A stretch of DNA of 64,000 bases. Origin: an uncultured Gammaproteobacteria bacterium. GTDB lineage: Bacteria; Patescibacteriota; Microgenomatia; UBA10105; UBA927. The stretch lies in assembly GCA_964527425.1 (NCBI GenBank), contig CAZGOA010000001.1, positions 20,842 to 84,841 of the forward strand. The letters run 5' to 3'. How positions within the stretch are numbered: the stretch's first letter is position 1; each line of letters opens with the position of its first letter. Shown here piece by piece: positions 50,657 to 60,343 of the stretch. The notes under the pieces are model-generated. The model saw only the letters and a list, made by a program, of their open reading frames with translations. It searched no databases and was not told the origin of the DNA. A program made the translations under genes and the position numbers.

Positions 50657-52272
50657 AATTTCCTGCTCCCAAGAGTAAATCGCTTAGGTCTAATTAATAC
50701 TGATAGCAACAAAAAACTCATAGCTGTAATAGAAATTATATTACTAATCATCCTTAATGGAGTATCTTTAAATACTGCAGTTATAGTATGCGCTCCTGGT
50801 GGGATCGTTACTTCAATAATTCCATCGTTGTTGTTAATAGGAATACTTTTGTTATCCGAGTATACATACCAACCTGGATAATATAGTCTGTTAATTAAAA
50901 CGGTGCTTTCTTTCTCGCCTTGTATGGTAAATCTGTCGGTTGTAGTCGTTGAAGATAAGGAAGTAACAACGCCGTCTCCCGATAGAATTGATATCCTAGA
51001 AGTGGGTCGTTCTTTTTTCCATGTTGTCCACTTAGTTGAGAAACTATTTCCCATAGAAGATGTACCATCAGTATAATTTTTTTCTGACGTATAATATTCA
51101 TCAGACCTTGGTTCATACAAAACCGGCTGTGAGTATGCAAATGTTAAGACGATACTAGCAAGTACAATAACCAATATCATCCATTTGCGCATATATTCAA
51201 AACTATACACAGCCAGAAATGGAATACTAATTACTATAAGTGATAGTAATCGCCAAGGATATTGGACTAGCTGAAGTGGCTTAAGGATAGTCCAAAGAGG
51301 AATACTTATCTCTAACAATAAGAAGAAAACTATTATGATTATTACAAGAAAAAAACGAACCAAATTAATGTATAGTGGATGTTTATTAATTTTTATAAAG
51401 GTGATAATAGTAATAAAAAATATTAATAGAGGAATTATTCCAATCTGCTGTGACATCTCAGTACCAGAAGCTCCAGGATTTGAAAATCCACTACCCCATG
51501 ATGGTATTAATAACTGAAAAAGTTGAGGAAAATGATCACTATAGGTAGAAGTATTTAAACCTACCATATACTTACTTTCAAACAAAGCTGGCAGCCAAAA
51601 ATATGCCGCTCCAAGAAACCCGAGTATATAGTGTATTATTGCAGTTTTGTTTGTTAGAAATATATAAACTGCTATGATCGGCAATGTAATCATTGCCATA
51701 ATATTGTGTGTTATACATAAAAGAAAAATAGATAAACCGAGTACTATTTTTTTGTTCCAGCTAACTGATGCTAATGCTAACATACACCATGCTATTCCCC
51801 ATATTTCACCGATTGATCCTCTAACTGCTATATCCACAAACCAATACGGTACAGTGGCAAATACTAGTGTTGCCCCTACTGCGATAAATAGTTTTGTAAA
51901 CTTTAGCATCAGGATATAGCAGCTTATGAGAGCAATAAGATAACCGATTACTAAGCTGAGTTTATAGCTATCAATGAGACTAAATCCTAATAAATGTATT
52001 ACTGAACCTACATAATTGGGAAATGGATAATGAAAAATAAATAGCGGAAGACCGTATCCACTGTTTAATCCTGGAGACCACCGAGGAAATAAGTGTCCAT
52101 CTTGTAACATCTTTGTAAATTCATAAAAGCGTATAATATGAAATTCACCGTCATGAGTAGGGATATATGATCGACCTGCATAGGGAATAGAAATAATCGC
52201 CCAAAAAGAAAAAATAATTCCTAGCCCAACCAAAAATGCAATATATTGATTCTTACCTTGAAAGGTATTCAT
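50653..52272 (-). CDS. GT-C-like membrane protein, 'THDGxxH...PRW' family, paralog 1
   Basis: 'PTHDGEFHIIRFYEFTKMLQDGHLFPRWSPGLNSGYGLP', 'VPYWFVDIAVRGSIGE', C-terminal 'YYPGWYVY' plus a terminal TM. Confidence 0.55.
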   Translation of the reverse strand: MNTFQGKNQYIAFLVGLGIIFSFWAIISIPYAGRSYIPTHDGEFHIIRFYEFTKMLQDGHLFPRWSPGLNSGYGLPLFIFHYPFPNYVGSVIHLLGFSLIDSYKLSLVIGYLIALISCYILMLKFTKLFIAVGATLVFATVPYWFVDIAVRGSIGEIWGIAWCMLALASVSWNKKIVLGLSIFLLCITHNIMAMITLPIIAVYIFLTNKTAIIHYILGFLGAAYFWLPALFESKYMVGLNTSTYSDHFPQLFQLLIPSWGSGFSNPGASGTEMSQQIGIIPLLIFFITIITFIKINKHPLYINLVRFFLVIIIIVFFLLLEISIPLWTILKPLQLVQYPWRLLSLIVISIPFLAVYSFEYMRKWMILVIVLASIVLTFAYSQPVLYEPRSDEYYTSEKNYTDGTSSMGNSFSTKWTTWKKERPTSRISILSGDGVVTSLSSTTTTDRFTIQGEKESTVLINRLYYPGWYVYSDNKSIPINNNDGIIEVTIPPGAHTITAVFKDTPLRMISNIISITAMSFLLLSVLIRPKRFTLGSRKL

Positions 52273-53417
52273 GCTCTCATTTCCTTCATATGTTTTCTAA
52301 AAAAATAATTCCAATTTTTATAAGTAAATAGTATAGCTACAGGAGTAATCATACTGATTACACGCAATATTGGACCATATCCTTCATAATACCCCATAAA
52401 TATATAAGGGCTATGCCTTAATATAAGTCCAAAACTAAATGCTATAGAATATTCATATAAAATTTTATATTCTTTGTACGGCAAAAAACTTAACATTGTT
52501 AAAAACCACACAGCGTACCACGGATACATCTCTTCCCTCAAGGGAGTTAATAAAAATGCAAAAAACATACAAAAAAAACCAATAAAAAATAATTGTTTCA
52601 TGTCTCTTTTTATAAAAAATATTGGAATCATTGCTACTGTTGCACCTTTCACAAAAACTGAAAGAAGCCATACCAATATTCCCATGAGTTTATAAATTTT
52701 CTTTTGTTCTTTAAAAATAAAAAATCCCCACACCGCAAACAGCATCATAGTAATATCGTTATGTCCACCTACAATAACTTCTACTAAAATTAAGGGATTA
52801 AATGCAAATACGCTTACTTGAAATACATTGTTCGTTTTTTTATAAAGTAAGAATATAAAAAGTAAGTAACAAATTGTAACGAGACCTTTAAATGAAATAA
52901 TAGTTAGCCAAACATTATTTAAGCCTAAGAAATGAGGTATAGCAGTAAGTAATATCCAGGTGGGTCCATATAACGCAACTTTATTCGCTGCTCTCGTATA
53001 AGCCAAAGCAGGTTCATTCGGAATATCTATAGGCATAGTTATCCATGGATTTTCTTTCCAAAAAAAAGTTACTTTTGCCGTCGCGATATAATTAAAAATG
53101 TCATAGGAAAATGCAGGAAAAGCGATTAACAAGAAAAAAACGACTATCAGTAATAACGTTCGTATCTCTTTAATACTTATGCGTTTAGTATACGAAAGAT
53201 AAAGAACTCTTAAGTAGAGTATAAACAACGAAATAATAATACTCACATAAATAATCCCAAACATAAAACGATTATTCTGAAGTAATGATTGCAACGTAGT
53301 CTGAAACGATTGGTATATTTGTCTATCAAGTAAGAATAGATTTAAATCTACAAAACAATACGAGAACACTATCAAAACTAATGAGGTAATAATGAATCCA
53401 ATCGACAATATCTTCAT
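52269..53417 (-). CDS. polytopic membrane protein (DUF2029/GT87-like candidate)
   Basis: 382 aa, about 10 TM helices, 'FNPLILVEVIVGGHNDITMMLFAVWG'. Confidence 0.4.
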   Translation of the reverse strand: MKILSIGFIITSLVLIVFSYCFVDLNLFLLDRQIYQSFQTTLQSLLQNNRFMFGIIYVSIIISLFILYLRVLYLSYTKRISIKEIRTLLLIVVFFLLIAFPAFSYDIFNYIATAKVTFFWKENPWITMPIDIPNEPALAYTRAANKVALYGPTWILLTAIPHFLGLNNVWLTIISFKGLVTICYLLFIFLLYKKTNNVFQVSVFAFNPLILVEVIVGGHNDITMMLFAVWGFFIFKEQKKIYKLMGILVWLLSVFVKGATVAMIPIFFIKRDMKQLFFIGFFCMFFAFLLTPLREEMYPWYAVWFLTMLSFLPYKEYKILYEYSIAFSFGLILRHSPYIFMGYYEGYGPILRVISMITPVAILFTYKNWNYFFRKHMKEMRA

Positions 53418-53420
53418 AAT

Positions 53421-54938
53421 CTATAAATAAGGTTCTTCATCTCTAAACGAAGAATTATCCGGTTCCAGTAATAAGTCATCTTCTGCTTTTTTAAGCTTTT
53501 CCTGTGACTTTAAACATTCGTCTAAACCATCTCCATCGACTGGTTTAGATGAAGTATTTATACAAAAATCTATAATATCAAGCCTCATCAATTCACTATT
53601 GTGTAGTAGAATGGCCTCATCAATTAATGTGTGCAAATTTAATACCGTCTCAGCTTCATGCTCTGGAGTCCACGTAACTTGTTGTGGTACTTTGCCTTTT
53701 AATTCTTCCAGAACCTTAATATGCGTCTTTAATGCCTCGGCATATAATGTAATTGTAGGCTTAATATCTTTTCCCTCACTGTATGCATTTAGAATAACCG
53801 CTTGAAGAGTGCCTATGTAATTTATAGAGGTTTTTAACCCTTCAGAGCCTAACAAATATTGCTTATACTCGAACAATGTTTTTGATTGAACAAGATACTT
53901 ATCTGCCTGTGCTAAATTAAATCTAAATCGGGCAATACTTCCCCAAACCCAATAGGATTGAAGAGTATCGATGAACAAAGATAATTTATAAAATTTACTT
54001 CCTGGCATTGCTGATGGATATGGCAGTACATAATCTGCCCTAACCTGACTTACAATACTTAATAAACAGAAACAGAAAACTAAAGCAGAAAGTACTGTTT
54101 TAATATGAAAGGATTTAAAATATGCAACTGGATAATGTAAAGCAGAGAAAAATGAAAAAATAAATCCTCTTATTCCGTCTAGTATTCCCTTATGTCGTAT
54201 ATACAAAGACAAAAAAACTTGCAGTGGTTTTATTATAGTATAAATGATAAATCGTAATATTCCGATTTGTTTTTCTGTGCGTATTTGCTTTGCTAATAGA
54301 CTGGTATATTTCGCTGCACCTTCAAAGTATCGTTTAAATGTTGGATTGGAATAATGATTTAAATCATGATGCAGCCAACCCACTCGACCTTCTATAATAA
54401 TTTGTTCATGAACACTTTTTGCAGGAACTGTTCCTTTATTTTTTTTGAATAGACGAATAACACCATCAGGATACATACCTGCATACGTCATTGGTTTTCC
54501 TAGAAAGAAATTTCTTCTCGGTAAATAATAGCCATTAACAGGTCCTTGTTCTGGTCTTTTTATGGAATCTCTAGATTCAACTAATAATTGATGACGCAAA
54601 AAAAGCTCACTAGTATTTGATTCTTGAGTGCTTTTTGCTAATACAACACGTTTAATCTCGTTTGATAAATTTTTAGTAACTTCTTCATCAGCATCTATTT
54701 GAAGTATCCATTCTCCAGAGCATGCTTCTACTGCTTTTTTCTTATTAATATGAAAGACTTTGGGATTATCTGTATTCAGGATAATTGCATTAAACTCTTT
54801 TGCAATAGACAGGGTGTTATCAGTCGAACCCCCATCAACTATTACAATTTCATCTGCCAATTCTTTAATTGATAACAAGCATCTCTTTAAATTTGACTCT
54901 TCATTATATACTGCTAATGCTACAGATAAATGCTTCAT
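53421..54938 (-). CDS. GT2 glycosyltransferase with ~250-aa C-terminal extension (TM segments plus acidic tail)
   Basis: 'LSVALAVYNEESNLKRCL...IVIVDGGSTDNT', 'LQIDADEEV'; the C-terminus ends 'DDLLLEPDNSSFRDEEPYL'. Confidence 0.7.
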   Translation of the reverse strand: MKHLSVALAVYNEESNLKRCLLSIKELADEIVIVDGGSTDNTLSIAKEFNAIILNTDNPKVFHINKKKAVEACSGEWILQIDADEEVTKNLSNEIKRVVLAKSTQESNTSELFLRHQLLVESRDSIKRPEQGPVNGYYLPRRNFFLGKPMTYAGMYPDGVIRLFKKNKGTVPAKSVHEQIIIEGRVGWLHHDLNHYSNPTFKRYFEGAAKYTSLLAKQIRTEKQIGILRFIIYTIIKPLQVFLSLYIRHKGILDGIRGFIFSFFSALHYPVAYFKSFHIKTVLSALVFCFCLLSIVSQVRADYVLPYPSAMPGSKFYKLSLFIDTLQSYWVWGSIARFRFNLAQADKYLVQSKTLFEYKQYLLGSEGLKTSINYIGTLQAVILNAYSEGKDIKPTITLYAEALKTHIKVLEELKGKVPQQVTWTPEHEAETVLNLHTLIDEAILLHNSELMRLDIIDFCINTSSKPVDGDGLDECLKSQEKLKKAEDDLLLEPDNSSFRDEEPYL

Positions 54939-54939
54939 A

Positions 54940-56589
54940 CTATTTTTTTAATAATCGTTTTTTGATAAAGGGAACACTTACCAATAAAACTAATCCAAAC
55001 ATACCAACTAAAGACATACTATTAGCAACACTTCTTAATTTTGTATCTGTATAAATAATTTCAATATCATGCTCACCAGGTTCTAACCAGAATGTCATTC
55101 TTCCTCTCCAATTAGGATCCTGAAATTCAATTGGTATTTGAGTTCCATTATCTATAATAATCCACCCTGGAAAATAAAGTGTATTTTCAACAAATCTAGT
55201 TCGTTCAATAACGTGTATATTGTATGTTCTCTTTGTAGAATTTCTGAAAAGCATTTCAATCGTCGCATTTCCATCTATTATCTGTAATGGTGCGATTGCT
55301 TCTGATTCCATAAAACGCACAGACCAAATAGGACTACTTTCTCCAGTATCAGTTGTTCCATGATAAATATTTGTAAAAAAAGAATCATCGTATAGTCGAT
55401 ATTCTTTTGGTTTCCACATTTGATACGTTGTAATGATCAACATAATAATAGTAAATACTAGTACTAATTGTTGCTTTTTTTCTGAAATGAATGAACATGC
55501 AAATCCACCTATTGCTGATGTTACGAAAACGGTAATAGTTAAAAGTCGCCAGGGAAACTGAAATTTTTGAAGGATTGTTACCGTATTCCAAACAGGAATA
55601 GACCATTCAGTCATAAGAAATAATGATCCAGCAAAAACTCCTAACATTGCAAAACCAAATATTCTTTTTTTCATTTTTTTTGTTGTGATGACGATGTACA
55701 TAGTACTTACTACGAACATCCATTGAATTATTCCTACCTCTTTTGAAAATTGAGCTCCCCCTCCATAATTCCAGGGTGAATATATAAACGATAACGGATT
55801 AACCATTCGGGTTATCACCTCGCCCTGAGTGACAATATCTCTAAGCGTATACTTACCTTCCAAAAAAGCAGGCATTAAGAAAAATGAAGACAAAAGCACA
55901 CCCAATACAGTTCCTATACCTATATAGAGACTACTTTTATACCGATGTTTAGTTTCAAAAAAAACTAAATATATAGAATATAGGAAACCGATAGGAATCA
56001 TCATCAGACTAACAGCATTATGAGAAAGAAGTAATCCTGCAACTGAAAGAGCAAGTAGACTTATCCAAATATGTTTTTTAGAATTTTTTATTAACCCATC
56101 AAGAGCAAACAATATTAATGGAATAAACACAAAAGCTACATGTTCTCCTATTGCTCCTCTAACAGTTAAATCCACGAATCGATACGGAGCAAAAGTGTAC
56201 AAAAAACCTGCAATCAAACCAGCAGTAGTTCCCCATCTGCCTTTTGCCCAATAATACATACTAAATCCACTTAACAAATAGCTTACTGCAAACACTAATT
56301 TTGTACTGCTAAGTATGGAAAATCCTAAAACATGAAACAATGAAGCAACATAAGAAGGTAAGGGATATAAAAACATTACTACAGGATGGCCAAATCCCCA
56401 ATTTAAATTACCAGCCCATCTTGGTACTATATTTCCTTCACTTAAAGACTGATAAAAATTAGCAATCCGAACTACATGATCTTGCCCATCATGAGTAACG
56501 GGCAATCCTGGAACAAGCAAATGCGCTATAGGTAATAGTAATAGCAACAATAATAATACTGGTATATATTTCATTACTTTACCATCCAT
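54940..56589 (-). CDS. GT-C-like membrane protein, 'THDGxxH...PRW' family, paralog 2
   Basis: 'PVTHDGQDHVVRIANFYQSLSEGNIVPRWAGNLNWGFGHP', 'APYRFVDLTVRGAIGE', C-terminal 'LYFPGWIIIDNG...EFQDPNWRG' plus a terminal TM. Confidence 0.55.
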   Translation of the reverse strand: MDGKVMKYIPVLLLLLLLLPIAHLLVPGLPVTHDGQDHVVRIANFYQSLSEGNIVPRWAGNLNWGFGHPVVMFLYPLPSYVASLFHVLGFSILSSTKLVFAVSYLLSGFSMYYWAKGRWGTTAGLIAGFLYTFAPYRFVDLTVRGAIGEHVAFVFIPLILFALDGLIKNSKKHIWISLLALSVAGLLLSHNAVSLMMIPIGFLYSIYLVFFETKHRYKSSLYIGIGTVLGVLLSSFFLMPAFLEGKYTLRDIVTQGEVITRMVNPLSFIYSPWNYGGGAQFSKEVGIIQWMFVVSTMYIVITTKKMKKRIFGFAMLGVFAGSLFLMTEWSIPVWNTVTILQKFQFPWRLLTITVFVTSAIGGFACSFISEKKQQLVLVFTIIMLIITTYQMWKPKEYRLYDDSFFTNIYHGTTDTGESSPIWSVRFMESEAIAPLQIIDGNATIEMLFRNSTKRTYNIHVIERTRFVENTLYFPGWIIIDNGTQIPIEFQDPNWRGRMTFWLEPGEHDIEIIYTDTKLRSVANSMSLVGMFGLVLLVSVPFIKKRLLKK

Positions 56590-57013
56590 ATTCTGAAAAG
56601 ATTATCTGTTTATTTACACAGTCAATAGCGTATTTAATATAAGTTATTGTGTTAGATGGAAGAGAATTTAATTGAAAAAACTGCAAATCATCACATTTGT
56701 TAGGTTCTGCATTAATGATTTCTCCTTTCCACTTTAAGCATCTAAAGAAAAAATCTACTCGCTCGTCATCTTTTTTTCTATGCATTACGTGTACTAACTG
56801 TAAATCTTCAGGCTGTATATGAAGGCCAATTTCTTCCTTAATTTCTCTGCAGGTGCCTTTCCTGATAGGTTCTCCTTGTTCCATATGACCTGCAGGAACA
56901 CTATATTTTCCATCTTCATATCCTGTTTGAAATCGTCGAGAAAGCAAAATAGTATTATTGACTATGTGTAATAAATATCCGGATATAATAACTTTATGAC
57001 GATTTACATGCAT
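56579..57013 (-). CDS. NUDIX hydrolase
   Basis: Nudix box 'GHMEQGEPIRKGTCREIKEEIGL' (GX5EX7REUXEEXGU). Confidence 0.8.
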   Translation of the reverse strand: MHVNRHKVIISGYLLHIVNNTILLSRRFQTGYEDGKYSVPAGHMEQGEPIRKGTCREIKEEIGLHIQPEDLQLVHVMHRKKDDERVDFFFRCLKWKGEIINAEPNKCDDLQFFQLNSLPSNTITYIKYAIDCVNKQIIFSEYGW

Positions 57014-57019
57014 ATCGTT

Positions 57020-58645
57020 TTAGTGAGAAATAAGCATTGCAACTGTACCATCTAAATAATAAACAGTTTTTAATGTTCCTTCATTCATTTCTATAGGTGC
57101 ACCTAAATAAAGCGTCTTTTTATCTCTTTTTTCTTTATCCCACTGGAGAGTCCTGAACTCAAATTTATCAAACTTATTAAAACGCTCCGCAAAACTTCCT
57201 GAAACTGTTCCACCTTCTTCTAGATACTTTTTTGGATCATATTTTAGATAAAATAAGAAGAACATGTGTGGTTGTTCAAGTTTTGTAGAAACAACTATTT
57301 TGTCATAATCATCATAACGCTCCATGACAAAAGGAATAGCCTCTTTGTATCCGTATTGCCAAAAATTTGAAAATTCTTTATTCTGATGAACAAAATACAT
57401 CACTAGATAATAGGAAACATTAAATAGATAACTTCCTATAAATACTGCGAGAACAAAAGCTGTAACATATTTTCGAAAGGTACTTATATATACCAGAAAG
57501 TGCAAGATACCCAATCCAATTACTATTTGAAAGGTAGGCAAAAACACTAACGTTCTTATAGCATGAGGCAATTCTGTAGTAGGAGATGCCGCAATAGGAG
57601 CTATTAACATCCAGGCAAGTACTAATTTACCAGCTTGTCTTCCGTATCTTATTAAAAAAAATAATCCGATAAATAAAAATGGTAACTCGATATGATATAA
57701 CAATCCCATTCCAGGGGCATGATGACGAGGATTATCTCCAGTTAAGAACAACCAATTTAATGAAAAACTAGATAAATATCCTGAAAGCAATGTCTGTGCG
57801 AAAACAATTCTACGATTATCTAAAATTTTACCAAGTAAATTATTTGTAGTCTGATTTCTTTCCAGTTTAATTACTGATCGTTCTAATAATCTCGTTTGAT
57901 CAGCAAGAGCACTGGTTCCTCGAAGTCTTGTTAGTGTAGATGAATCTGTTAATACAGGAATTAATGGTCCTATTGTTAACAAACCAACGACAGTTGCTAT
58001 TAATACTGACTTCCATTTTTTTATTACCATATTAAAAAACACACAACCCAATACTATTACTAATAGTGGAGAAAAAATTCTCTGGCTGTGATAGGCATAT
58101 ATTGAAAGACTAAATAAAAATGCTGATAACGAAAAAAATATTCCTTTCTTTAAACCCCATAAAAAACTTACTACTGCCCAAATAGTTACAGTAAGCCCTA
58201 TTCCTGCCTCAAATGCCATACGCGAAAATTGTAAATGCCACGGGGATATTGCAAGTAGCAATGAAACAATAAATGGTAAATACTGAAATTTAGTGCTCTT
58301 TGAAAAATAGCTAACAAGTTCTTTCGTAAGAAAATACGTTCCAATTACTGCTAATACACCCATGACGACAGCAGGTAATCGAACAGACCAAATATCTAAT
58401 CCAAACATCCACATACTAGGAACCGTTAAATACATATATAACGGTGGTTTATAATCATCATAAGAGCGAAGTGAAAGTGGAAACCAATTACCATATTCAT
58501 CTCTTCCAGTTTTCAGTATCGAATAGGCATTATACCCTAAAGCAGCTTCATCCCAATTAGGTCCGGGGGGAACGATCCCAAGATTCCATAATCTTAAAAT
58601 TGTAGCGAGTAAAATAATAAAACCTAATACAATATAATTCTTCAT
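57020..58645 (-). CDS. PMT_2/ArnT-family GT-C glycosyltransferase (GT39/GT83-like), tandem paralog A
   Basis: 'LRLWNLGIVPPGPNWDEAALGYNAYSI...RLPAVVMGVLAV'; C-terminal soluble domain. Confidence 0.7.
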   Translation of the reverse strand: MKNYIVLGFIILLATILRLWNLGIVPPGPNWDEAALGYNAYSILKTGRDEYGNWFPLSLRSYDDYKPPLYMYLTVPSMWMFGLDIWSVRLPAVVMGVLAVIGTYFLTKELVSYFSKSTKFQYLPFIVSLLLAISPWHLQFSRMAFEAGIGLTVTIWAVVSFLWGLKKGIFFSLSAFLFSLSIYAYHSQRIFSPLLVIVLGCVFFNMVIKKWKSVLIATVVGLLTIGPLIPVLTDSSTLTRLRGTSALADQTRLLERSVIKLERNQTTNNLLGKILDNRRIVFAQTLLSGYLSSFSLNWLFLTGDNPRHHAPGMGLLYHIELPFLFIGLFFLIRYGRQAGKLVLAWMLIAPIAASPTTELPHAIRTLVFLPTFQIVIGLGILHFLVYISTFRKYVTAFVLAVFIGSYLFNVSYYLVMYFVHQNKEFSNFWQYGYKEAIPFVMERYDDYDKIVVSTKLEQPHMFFLFYLKYDPKKYLEEGGTVSGSFAERFNKFDKFEFRTLQWDKEKRDKKTLYLGAPIEMNEGTLKTVYYLDGTVAMLISH

Positions 58646-58648
58646 ATA

Positions 58649-60343
58649 TTATTCAAACACTGTTAACACTTCTGTTCCATTTAATAATGTAATATGTTTG
58701 ATCACTGTGGCATCCATTGGTTTTAAATGAGGTGGCAGCACATACAAAACACGTCCTTCTAATACTGGCACTTCACCATCTACAAATGTATATTTTCCAA
58801 AACCTTTTACTTTATAAAATCCTGCCGCATCAAAGAAAGATATTTTTGACTCCCAAAATTCCTGTGGTGAATACTTGCCATAAAATAATGCATACATATA
58901 TGGTCTACCGATTGTCTCTGAAACAACTATATGATCATATCTATCTTTCAATGATTCTGTAACTTCCAGGGCCTGCTTGTATCCATATTGCCATTCACCA
59001 GAGAATTCATACGGATAATGAGCATAATAATTATGAAGATAGAAAACTATAAGTGCTGCATACATTAATACAAGATTCAGACCATAGAAATATTTAACAC
59101 TCTTTCTTTTTAAGATGTCCCATACAGAAATAATACCTACACCAATAGCTATATGCCATGTTGGAAGTGTATTCAATATTCGTAATGCATGCGGAGTTTC
59201 TCTAGCAACACCAGCTGGTACGATAGCTAATAATAACCATCCCAATAAGAGTATACCTATTTTTACATTCATTGAAAAAATCACATACCATCCAATCGCC
59301 AAAAATACAACTTCTATGATGTAGAATTGACCAGTATCCTGAATCGAAAATTTTGGATTACCGTCTCCTTTAATAAATAGAAATGATGGATCAAAATGAT
59401 CTAAATAGTGTTTCAAATACGAAATACCATACCCTACTCTTCTATTATTAAGTACGTTTGCCCACCAACTGTTTCCGGCATGCTCTATCCTGGCATTTGC
59501 TGTAGTTACAATAAGTGGATCAGAAAAAATATTTACCTCTTTAAAACGAAGTCTTGCCTCGGGCGATAATAAATGTGGTAACAAAGGCAACATAAATATA
59601 CTTGCAATAAAAATACTTACCACTAATCTCATAACTGTAATGTTCATCGAAGTATTTAGTGATTTTGATTTACTTTTAAAAACCGATTTACGTATCGCCG
59701 AAAAAAACATCTGAAGCTCTTTACCATATGTAAACCACAGCAGAAGTAATGCAAAAAAAGGTAGAAAATACCGAGCACTATTAAATGTATACATAGCGGC
59801 CACAAATGGAAGCCACATCAGTAACTGTAATTTTGGTTTATTCTTTGAACTAAGGATGATCAATACACCCAAAACAACAAAAAAAAGCGCTATAACAGCT
59901 TCAAAACCCGCCCTTGATAGATTAATATGCCAGGGTGATACAGCTAACACTGCTGCAGATAATAAAGCAAATCTATGAGGAAACTTATATGAACTGAACA
60001 GTACCATAACCAATGCGTACGTCAATAAAACTGTAAGAGTACTTACTATCACTACTGGTAAACGTACAGATAATTCATTAAGTCCCAATAAACCTACAAA
60101 AGGAGCAGTTAGATAGATAGAAACTGGTGGTTTATAGTCACCATAAGCAATAAATGTATCTAGTGGTAAAAACCTTCCATGTTCATCTTTTCCAGTATTC
60201 CAAATGCTCCAAGCATTATAACCAATAGAAACCTCATCCCATGTCAATGCTGGCGGGATATCTGTAATTTTATAAAAACGTAATAAAAAAGCGACACAGA
60301 TTATTATTATGAGTAGAAACCTTGTTTTTGATAAATCTTTCAT
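58649..60343 (-). CDS. PMT_2/ArnT-family GT-C glycosyltransferase, tandem paralog B
   Basis: 'LRFYKITDIPPALTWDEVSIGYNAWSI...RLPVVIVSTLTV'. Confidence 0.7.
   Translation of the reverse strand: MKDLSKTRFLLIIIICVAFLLRFYKITDIPPALTWDEVSIGYNAWSIWNTGKDEHGRFLPLDTFIAYGDYKPPVSIYLTAPFVGLLGLNELSVRLPVVIVSTLTVLLTYALVMVLFSSYKFPHRFALLSAAVLAVSPWHINLSRAGFEAVIALFFVVLGVLIILSSKNKPKLQLLMWLPFVAAMYTFNSARYFLPFFALLLLWFTYGKELQMFFSAIRKSVFKSKSKSLNTSMNITVMRLVVSIFIASIFMLPLLPHLLSPEARLRFKEVNIFSDPLIVTTANARIEHAGNSWWANVLNNRRVGYGISYLKHYLDHFDPSFLFIKGDGNPKFSIQDTGQFYIIEVVFLAIGWYVIFSMNVKIGILLLGWLLLAIVPAGVARETPHALRILNTLPTWHIAIGVGIISVWDILKRKSVKYFYGLNLVLMYAALIVFYLHNYYAHYPYEFSGEWQYGYKQALEVTESLKDRYDHIVVSETIGRPYMYALFYGKYSPQEFWESKISFFDAAGFYKVKGFGKYTFVDGEVPVLEGRVLYVLPPHLKPMDATVIKHITLLNGTEVLTVFE

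Noticed and set aside
5915-59324. Numerous 60-112 aa ORFs nested antisense or same-strand inside large genes (e.g. 5915..6214, 8189..8422, 13471..13809, 14206..14716, 14874..15113, 15955..16356, 20979..21659, 43012..43629, 47112..47615, 50895..51140, 51335..51919, 52465..52695, 55385..55606, 58717..59324)
   Set aside because: Expected by chance in AT-rich DNA opposite long ORFs. Low-complexity translations, no domain signatures, and they fall entirely within better-supported genes.
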